From: an uncultured Planctomycetota bacterium
GTDB lineage: Bacteria > Planctomycetota > Planctomycetia > Isosphaerales > Isosphaeraceae
Direction of reading: 5' to 3'
Length of the DNA stretch: 64,000 bases
Assembly: GCA_963823665.1 (NCBI GenBank)
Contig: CAWGMQ010000011.1
Coordinates: 640,001-704,000, forward strand
Position numbers and translations under genes: made by a program. The notes beneath the pieces are model-generated. The model did not search any database and was not told where the DNA came from. It saw only the letters and a program-made list of their open reading frames with translations. Shown one piece after another: positions 56,918 to 64,000 of the stretch (positions are counted from its first letter, which is position 1; each line of letters opens with the position of its first letter).

Positions 56918-58288
56918 ATGGTGCACAGGATTCTCGCGGCCTCCATCGTGATCGCAACGAGTCCCTGCTTCACCCCGGCCAGGTCGGCGGACGAGCCGAC
57001 GGCAAAGCTACGCTATTCTCTCAAGCCCGGTCGGGAATTCTCCTACCACACTGAAGCAGCCTCGAAGAAAGGTGGAGGGAGAAAGTACATCGTCGATTGG
57101 AAGATCTGGTCCATCGCCCGCGAGCCGGACGGCTCCTGGCGTCTTGTCATCCGGTGTGATCTGTCCACGGAGGATGCATCCGGCCCCAAATCGACCGAAA
57201 AGGAATCAAAGGACACCCTCGTCTGGCATTGCCGGATGCTTGACGACGGGCGGCTCATCGGTGCGACCACGATGGGCACCGTCCGTGACCCCTTCCGTCT
57301 CTTCCCACGGCTCCCCGACGGGCCGAAAGACCTGGAATCCGGATGGGATTCTGCCGGACCGGAGGAGCAGAGTGTAGCCCTCCACCACCGACTGACGCCC
57401 GGAACCAAGGCGAGAAGCGATCTTGTGTCGATCTCGACGTCGGCCGAGGGGCCCGAAGACAAAGTGTACCTCTCGAGTCACTTAATCCGGGCCACTTTCG
57501 ACAAGAGACGAGGTGCAGTAACGCGAGTCGAGACCGAGGATAACAGCGAGCATCTCAGCCCGGGTGCCCTGACGAGGGGCGTCACCGAACTCGTCGCGAT
57601 CAAGGACAGGGGCGACGAATGGGCGGCGACGTTCGGCAAAGAGGCGGGCCGCTACTTTGCTGCCGTCGATGCCTACGACGAGGCGAACAGGAGCGCCATT
57701 CGCGACGCGGCACGATGCAAGAAGATCCTGGCCGACTCGAAGGCGGCACTCGAGGATGCCCGCAACGCGTTGACGACGCCTGTTCTCCGTGAGGCAGCTA
57801 GCCGTAAGCTCGACTCACACGACCGCTCGGCGGCTTACGTATCCGAGGAAACGAGTGCGCGAGCGGAGCGAATCGGCAAGGTGGCGACGGCGTGGGAGGC
57901 TAAGGATATCGACGGCAAGCCCACGAAACTGAGCGACTACCGGGGCAAGGTCGTCGTGATGGACTTCTGGTATCGCAACTGCGGCTGGTGCATTCACGCC
58001 ATGCCCCAGGTCGCCCGACTCTCGGAAGAGTTCCGAAATCAGCCGGTCGCCGTGCTCGGCATGTGCACCGACGAGAAGGAAGCCGACGCCCGGGCGGTGA
58101 TCGATGCGATGGGACTGAAATACCCCACGATCAAGGCAGCAGGCATCCCGGAAAAGTACGGGGTCCAAGGATTCCCGACTCTAATCGTGGTGGATCGGCG
58201 TGGCCTGATCCGCGAGATTCACGTTGGTTATTCTCCCCGCCTCTGCGAGGAACTGTCCGGGGTGATCCGAAAGCTTCTCGCCGAGTAA
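56918..58288 (+). CDS. Exported TlpA/redoxin-domain protein
   Basis: Signal peptide; 'LSDYRGKVVVMDFWYRNCGWC', 'YGVQGFPT'; GGAGG RBS. Confidence 0.88.
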   Translation: MVHRILAASIVIATSPCFTPARSADEPTAKLRYSLKPGREFSYHTEAASKKGGGRKYIVDWKIWSIAREPDGSWRLVIRCDLSTEDASGPKSTEKESKDTLVWHCRMLDDGRLIGATTMGTVRDPFRLFPRLPDGPKDLESGWDSAGPEEQSVALHHRLTPGTKARSDLVSISTSAEGPEDKVYLSSHLIRATFDKRRGAVTRVETEDNSEHLSPGALTRGVTELVAIKDRGDEWAATFGKEAGRYFAAVDAYDEANRSAIRDAARCKKILADSKAALEDARNALTTPVLREAASRKLDSHDRSAAYVSEETSARAERIGKVATAWEAKDIDGKPTKLSDYRGKVVVMDFWYRNCGWCIHAMPQVARLSEEFRNQPVAVLGMCTDEKEADARAVIDAMGLKYPTIKAAGIPEKYGVQGFPTLIVVDRRGLIREIHVGYSPRLCEELSGVIRKLLAE

Positions 58289-58409
58289 CCGCCAGTTGGA
58301 GACGGCGCGCGAATGGGCCGCTGCGCGCCGTGAGAGAGCGGCAGAGTCGTAACGGTCTTGCGAACACCACTGTGACAAATCGCGGGCGAGCCCCGGGGTT
58401 TCCAGGTTT

Positions 58410-58425
58410 CCAGACACCCATCCTT
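58410..58425 (+). repeat. Solo terminus of the TIR element
   Basis: CCAGACACCCATCCTT. Confidence 0.6.
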
Positions 58426-58464
58426 CAGGCAATGGCGCTTTCTCCGTCAGCCAATCACAAAGCG

Positions 58465-58836
58465 TCACACGATCGGTTTCAGGACCATCCGGCCGTACGC
58501 GATGAACGCCATGAGGAGGCCCAACACGGCGCTCAAGATGATGGGCGTGATCTCGCGGTACTTGACGTGCACCCCGATGAACACGAGGCTCTCGATCGCC
58601 AGGACCGTGGCGGCCACCACCGTGAGCGCCGGCCGCCAGCGCAAGGCGCCGGGCACGATCAGCCCGACGATACAGACGAGGCCGAGGATGCCGAGCGCCA
58701 TCCAGGCTTGCCGCGGCAACGCGCCAAATGACGGCACTCCCTCGCTGGCCTTGTCGAACATGAAGACCTTCATGACGCCCGACGCTCCGTACAGTAGCGC
58801 GGCGAGGACCTGTAGGACCCACAACAGGATGTTCAT
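58465..58836 (-). CDS. DoxX-like membrane protein
   Basis: 'MNILLWVLQVLAALLY.ASG.MK', 'FIAYGR'. Confidence 0.85.
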   Translation of the reverse strand: MNILLWVLQVLAALLYGASGVMKVFMFDKASEGVPSFGALPRQAWMALGILGLVCIVGLIVPGALRWRPALTVVAATVLAIESLVFIGVHVKYREITPIILSAVLGLLMAFIAYGRMVLKPIV

Positions 58837-59210
58837 CGTGTGCCTCCGCCCGGTTTCCACATCTGATCGGCTACGTTTCATGGCCATGATGACACGTTGA
58901 AGCTCGAACTGACTAGGTCAGCATGCAGAGCAATTCCTCAATCTCTTGGTTACGGGCGTTGGCGAACGATCTTCCTTCGCTGATCCTCTCGAAGCCGCAG
59001 TTTTCGGGGAGGGAAACAAGGACGCGATTAGTTTATCTATGAATCTGACCCCGGATGGAATCCGCGTGATTAGCTTGTCAAGCCAATTCGTACCCCCGGC
59101 ACAGGCGTGGCGCTTCTCGCAATTTGCCAAAACGCCGACGGTCTAACTGAACCGATCGTTCCCACCCGCTCGTTTATGGTTTACTTGCTGCACCTGCAAC
59201 AAACGACGAG

Positions 59211-59483
59211 TTACGACGATAGCGCGAATCTGATGATGATTGTTTCGCGCGACTCGTGAATTTGGTAGAAAACCCGCAGGATATCCCAGTCCAGGTAACG
59301 AACAGGCGGACTGACTCCGTTTGTGATTGAAGCGCCTGCATGAGGATCTTGCTCGAGGATCGCTTCCACATCGAAAGCAGCATCCGTGTTCCGCTGCCGA
59401 TCACCTTGCGCCGCATCAATCCACAATCGTGCCAAGGCGTTCTCGGCGTTGCCTTCGCCATCGAACTCGACGCGCATGCTCAT
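59211..59483 (-). CDS. Possible RelE/ParE-fold toxin
   Basis: 90 aa; 'AENALARLW...LEQDP..G...LRVFYQI'. Confidence 0.5.
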   Translation of the reverse strand: MSMRVEFDGEGNAENALARLWIDAAQGDRQRNTDAAFDVEAILEQDPHAGASITNGVSPPVRYLDWDILRVFYQIHESRETIIIRFALSS

Positions 59484-59490
59484 TCGCCTA

Positions 59491-59817
59491 TCACCGGATG
59501 AACGTCTTCACCGCATCAACGTCGCCCGCTCTCATTCGATCGAGAAGCTCGCGCGTGCTGCGTGTTGCCGACGGGTCCATCCGTCTCGCGAGTTCGTTCA
59601 CCAAGGCGATTTCCTGATCCGAGGGGGGCACCACTTTTCGCAGGTACCCAACAACGGTTCCGTCATCGGGACGCCGGACAGGAATTGGCCCCGACGACTG
59701 CTCGCCGGCAAGTTTGTCGGTCGCCAGGCGCCAGAGCAAGTACTCGCGCTTCTCGGCCGACATCTTCTCAAGCAGACTGTCCGTTTCTTTTTGGAGCGAG
59801 CTAGTCGTATCCGGCAT
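59491..59817 (-). CDS. Hypothetical protein, possible antitoxin
   Basis: RBS AGGAG; 7 bp upstream of the RelE-like ORF; 'ELARR......STRELLDR'. Confidence 0.55.
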   Translation of the reverse strand: MPDTTSSLQKETDSLLEKMSAEKREYLLWRLATDKLAGEQSSGPIPVRRPDDGTVVGYLRKVVPPSDQEIALVNELARRMDPSATRSTRELLDRMRAGDVDAVKTFIR

Positions 59818-60071
59818 GTCATGTCTCCTGACTCAATCCCCCTCGGACGGCTTCCCATCACCACCGCCCGCGGCGACGTGCCCGATCGAAGAGTCCTTCT
59901 GAAATTGTAAGCAAACGACGAGGCGGACGCAGACTCAGAGGCGTCGGCAATCAACGTGAGGTCGAGCTCGGGGGACACCAACTCGTAGGCAAGGACATTA
60001 CGACGCCGATGTACGGCTGCGAAGGCCTCCGGCGACTTTCCGTCTAACCGTGTCGGGCTATGAGCCGTCAA

Positions 60072-60446
60072 TCACCACGGTTCGCCATTGCCGAATGACC
60101 AGTCCTCGCGGTCGACGAAGACCAGGCTGATGAAGACGTCCTCACGGCGCACGCCGAGCCGGCGGTTCAGTTCGTCGGCCATCTGCCGGAAGAAGGCACG
60201 CTTCTGCTCCTCGGTGTTTCCGACGGTGCTGGTCACCTGGATGTAGATGAGGTCAGGCGTTCGCTTGATGTCGAGAAAGTTCGGATCGAACACGAAATTC
60301 TCAGGTTTATGCTCGCCGATGATCATGAAGCGGTCGCCATCCGGCGCCTTCAGGATCCCGACAATCCCCTCGTACACGACGTCGGCCACAGTGGCGCGAT
60401 ACTCGGGGGGTTTTCCTTGAGCCAGATCGATGCGTGCAAACGGCAT
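60072..60446 (-). CDS. Tautomerase family protein
   Basis: Pro at position 2; 'DRF', 'REDWSFGNG'. Confidence 0.9.
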   Translation of the reverse strand: MPFARIDLAQGKPPEYRATVADVVYEGIVGILKAPDGDRFMIIGEHKPENFVFDPNFLDIKRTPDLIYIQVTSTVGNTEEQKRAFFRQMADELNRRLGVRREDVFISLVFVDREDWSFGNGEPW

Positions 60447-60456
60447 AACAATCTCC

Positions 60457-61182
60457 TTAGCTCGCCGTCATCCCATTGACGAAGCTCTTCACGAGCCTCG
60501 CCGCAATGGCCGGCGCGGTTTGAAGGAGCAGGTGCGGGCTTTCCACGTCTGCGACTTGTATATCAGGCCTTGACCGCAAAATCTCCTGTGACACCCGTGC
60601 TGGAACCAGGCGATCGCGGGTCGCGCGCTAGTAGAGCACGGGCACTCGAACGTCGGCGAGCCGCGCCGTCACGTCGACGTCAATGATCGAAGTCAAGCGA
60701 GCTCGAAACGCGTCGGCGGCGATTTGAGCGAGAACTTGAGCGATGGCGTTCTCGAGCCGCGGCGTCGAAAACCGCCCCAGCAGGAACCAGCAGGGAAGAG
60801 CGGCGGGGATGCGCGTCGGCACGAACGGCACGAGCCGACGTAACCACGAGAGCGCCGGTCGCGGGTTCCGCGCAAACGAGCAGCACAAGACCAGGCCGAT
60901 GAGCTCAGGCGGAGCGGACGCGGCGATCGAAATGGCGATCGGGCCGGAGTACGATTCGCCGAGAAGAACGAACGGCCGACCGATCGGCAGCCTCGTGCGG
61001 GCGACCGCCTCGTGGCCGGCGTAGTCCATCGGTCTATCGTTGGGATAAGTCACCACGATCGCCTCGAGCTCCGGGTCCAAAGCGGCCACGAAATCTGTGA
61101 GCTCGAGGCCGGTGCCGTCCATTCCGGGTAGGATTACGATGGTGACCACGTGCTTGAACGGAGAGCTGTTAGCAAGGGGCAC
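60457..61182 (-). CDS. Alpha/beta hydrolase with an in-frame TAG at 60628-60630
   Basis: 'LPGMDGTG', 'GESYSG'; the frame continues past the TAG as RATRDRLVP...SPHLLLQ (putative catalytic Asp and His) to TAA 60457. Confidence 0.85.
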
Positions 61183-61214
61183 AGCGATATCGCTCGATCG
61201 CGTTAGATGCCGTC

Positions 61215-61412
61215 TCAGCCTTTGATCAACTTGCCAAGGACATAGCCAGCGATCGCCCCGACGATGAGCCCACCGAGTATGTAGCCGACACCCTCTTGCA
61301 TTTGGGCAGTGACCGAGAAGTCATACTTTCGGGCTGCCATGAACCCGTTAAAAACGGCGCCGATCAGCGCCCCTATGCCAGCAAAAGCCTGCGCTTTGTT
61401 CTTCATGATCAC
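61215..61412 (-). CDS. Small 2-TM protein
   Basis: Two Gly-rich hydrophobic helices. Confidence 0.6.
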   Translation of the reverse strand: MIMKNKAQAFAGIGALIGAVFNGFMAARKYDFSVTAQMQEGVGYILGGLIVGAIAGYVLGKLIKG

Positions 61413-61562
61413 CCCGTCGCCGAAGGGTCACACTAGCCTGACGACCCGCTTAGAATCAGCAGTAATCATACTCGAAGCTATGCTACCCACAAGAACTACG
61501 AGCAGGGCGGCGTTGAAAACAGAGAAGCCAGACACCCAATCTCCGGTTCCGAGGAGGAGCCA

Positions 61563-61714
61563 GGAAATCCAGACACCCATCCTTTGTCTCACGGCCCCCG
61601 CACCCATTCATTCGCGGCACGCAAGTTCGGCGCAAAACCACGGCCTCTGGTCATTTCGAACACGCAGAAGGCCAGTGCCCAACGCTCGGCAAACGGTGGG
61701 TGTCTGACATCTCC
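61563..61714 (+). mobile_element. TIR element copy D (extra solo end at 61528)
   Basis: CCAGACACCCA...CCATTCATTCGCGG...TGGGTGTCTGACATCTCC. Confidence 0.75.
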
Positions 61715-62097
61715 GAATCCGCAATTGCCCCCCGAACGCCGGCTGAGCTGGTTGGTCGAACTCTGGGACGTTCAGTCGAGCGGGGCTCTCGTCTCGCCGC
61801 CAAACTCGAATTGACATTGTGCAAGGCGCCGCGGCGCGATCGCGGTAATCGTCAGCCGCCATGCAACCTTCAAGGTTTATGTTGTAAACCCTACAAAATA
61901 AAGGGTTCTGAACCTTTTGATGCCAAGCCATGTATAGTTTCTTTAGACCGCCTGAAGCACCGATGCGATTGGTGCGGGTGGGCGGCGTTCCAGCGCGATG
62001 CGCGGTAGACGTCCCCGGATACGGTCCTTGGGGCGGTGTCACGGTGACGAATCGGGAATGAGCCGAGCGCGGCCATACCCAAGCTCTCCGCGCGGTC

Positions 62098-62685
62098 TTG
62101 AGAGGATACCAAGTGTTGCTCCGCGGGGCTCTTTTCTGTTCGATGGTCGTTGGCGTCATCGCAGCGACGCCGGCCAGAGCCGATTGGCTCAATTTCAACC
62201 CGTTTTACGACCTGAAGGTCGTCGCCGATGATGTCCTGGAAGGGCTAATCGATTTGGGCGGCCCCCATGCGCTGCCGCCCAACTTTAACAACGTGAACGA
62301 TTCGTCGTATATTCCCGACGTCGTAACGCCGTATATCGCGGCCGACGGCAGCGTGTGGGCGGGCTCCAATCCGCAGGGGAGCCAATTCATCGGTCTCGCC
62401 ACGGTTATTCATGCCCAGAATGGAATGGCCTGGTGGGCCTGGGGCTCACTGCGGCACCGAGCGCCGCAATTTGATTTGTCTGGGTATCTGCCGATAAAGA
62501 CGCAGATCATCGGCAATCTCCACGTGACCTTCGTGCGGACCGCGTCGGGGCAGTGGTGGGCCACGTGGAAAAACCCGTTCAACGGCTTCGTCGAGTACAC
62601 GCGTTTTCAGACTGTCTCGGTCACCTTCACGCACATCGTTCTGCGGGAGGTGGTGAACGGACAGTTTTTCACACTGCCCAATTAA
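62098..62685 (+). CDS. Hypothetical exported protein
   Basis: Signal-like '...ATPARA|D'; start uncertain. Confidence 0.6.
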   Translation: MRGYQVLLRGALFCSMVVGVIAATPARADWLNFNPFYDLKVVADDVLEGLIDLGGPHALPPNFNNVNDSSYIPDVVTPYIAADGSVWAGSNPQGSQFIGLATVIHAQNGMAWWAWGSLRHRAPQFDLSGYLPIKTQIIGNLHVTFVRTASGQWWATWKNPFNGFVEYTRFQTVSVTFTHIVLREVVNGQFFTLPN

Positions 62686-63023
62686 GGCGTGACCCGACGG
62701 TGGACGCAGGACATTGCAAGGAATTCGACCTTTGAATGATCCTGCGTCTCCGCATCTCGTCGCCAAACGGAGGACGCCGGGAAAAACCCCGACCTCGTCA
62801 GATCGCCCTGGAAAACGTTTCTAGCGGCGAGATAGGGCAAAGTATGCAAGGACGCCAACGCTTCTGTAATGACCGTTTCCTGGGCAAATGACAATCGTGG
62901 TGTTTTTTACCTGTCCGGGACGGAAGATCAGATGGCCTTTCGTCCTGTCAAACGAATCTGAATCTTCCTTGCCTCCACCTCGGCATCTTCCTCCCTGCGG
63001 ATGAAATACATTTCGGTCGTGTC

Positions 63024-63908
63024 GGGATCTCAGACATTGCGCCAGGAAGCTCGGATTAGGAGGATCATCTCAAATGTGAAACTTTTTAGTGGAACCCTGC
63101 GGGTAACCAATCCCGCCCGGCAGAGCCGGGCCAGCAGCCGGAAGTGAGTCTTGCGTGGGGAGAGGCGACTCTCACTGCGAAGCGTAGACAGCGAGATCAA
63201 ACGCTGTGAGATTGAGCCTCGAAATTTCCCTCTTTGTTCTGAGCCCTCGTCCTTGTCTGACGCGGGGGCCGAGCCGGGCATTAGCGACACCTGGACCCAC
63301 TAGCGTGCCTGGTCAGACCGGGGTCGGAGAACATGGCGAATGATCAGTAGGGTTCCCCGGGAACTTGGGAGACCTTGTCGTCTCCATCGTGACGGCCGGC
63401 TGGAGCTCCGGCTTACCAACTCCAGGTTGATCCACAGCTCCATCCCGAGCTGGTGGGGACGAACGATGGTATCGCCAAGCGAAGGAAACGAAGCGCGGCG
63501 AAATGGACGGCAAGGAGTCGGAGTGCCCCATAGTAGTGTTGAAGCGGGGGAACGGCCCTCCGGACCCTGTGGAGCGAAGGGGGCACCGCGTTGTGGATGG
63601 GAAGTTGGAACCACGCTGAGGACACCGTGCCTCACCAGCGTGTCACCGCGAAACGACCTGGTCGTGTGAGGGACAGTGATTCCCCAACGTGACGAGCCGG
63701 ATGCCTCTTCGACGGGCAAGTCCGGATCTGTGGGGGGCCTGGGTGGAAGACCACCCAGGTCTACCCGGCCCCATCCTTTTGTCACGGTCCCCCGGATCCA
63801 TTCATTCGCGGCTCGCACGTTCCGCGCAAATCCACCGCCTCTGGTCAAATCGAATACGCACAAGGCGAGTGCCCGACGCTCGGCAAACGGTGGGTCTCTG
63901 ACATCTCC
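63024..63908 (+). mobile_element. TIR element copy E, interrupted by the intron
   Basis: GGGATCTCAGACA | CCCATCCTTTTGTCACGG...TGGGTCTCTGACATCTCC. Confidence 0.8.
63037..63769 (+). ncRNA. ORF-less group II intron (733 nt)
   Basis: 5' TTGCG; domain V GAGCCGGATGCC..GGCAAGTCCGGATC (63694-63728); domain VI hairpin with bulged A, ending CTACCCGGC; EBS1 TGTCTG and EBS2 AGATC pair with the 5' exon; no RT ORF. Confidence 0.9.
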
Positions 63909-64000
63909 TCGCTTGTTGCGACGAACTGAACCACCGCACGGCCCACTGCGTCAAGAAAGGGTGACGATAGTTCCAGCATAAATGGGAAGTACGATGAGCT

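Noticed and set aside
61160..61215. attC-like ATCTAAC after the small membrane gene on the minus strand
   Set aside because: No matching L'/R' arm at a proper spacing was found.
63300..63863. ORFs inside the intron as a maturase
   Set aside because: No RT motifs (such as YADD); they are chance frames across structured RNA.
56004..63908. Repeats as a CRISPR array
   Set aside because: Units are about 140 bp, kilobases apart and separated by genes; there are no regular spacers and no cas genes.

Overview
High-GC bacterial window, almost certainly a planctomycete of the Isosphaeraceae type, based on ECF sigma factors with long membrane/periplasmic extensions, an 'LEPRCLLS' extracellular motif protein and 'RFSLRALIAL'-type N-termini. 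A core-like block (about 29.5-52 kb) encodes split transketolase, a Ser/Thr kinase, UDG, MoaB, PAC2, an RsmG-TrmH fusion, an ABC-2 transporter, a multiheme cytochrome and a type IIA topoisomerase pair. It is flanked by two accessory regions. The left region holds a HigBA-type TA pair, IS630 and ISAzo13 remnants, a degenerate attC cassette array with no integrase (CALIN-like) enclosing a Panacea antitoxin pair, a primase-associated ATPase, a Trypco1 gene and a RADAR-like ATPase plus adenosine deaminase operon. The right region holds several repeat families, including a ~140-bp element with terminal inverted repeats. One copy of that element is split exactly by a 733-nt ORF-less group II intron whose EBS1/EBS2 loops are complementary to the element terminus; this is the strongest novel-looking signal. 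Four genes carry in-frame TAG codons, three at positions where Leu is expected. About a dozen single-base frameshifts, some in housekeeping genes, suggest long-read consensus errors, so all pseudogene calls are provisional. All family assignments come from motif recognition by eye; no searches were run.
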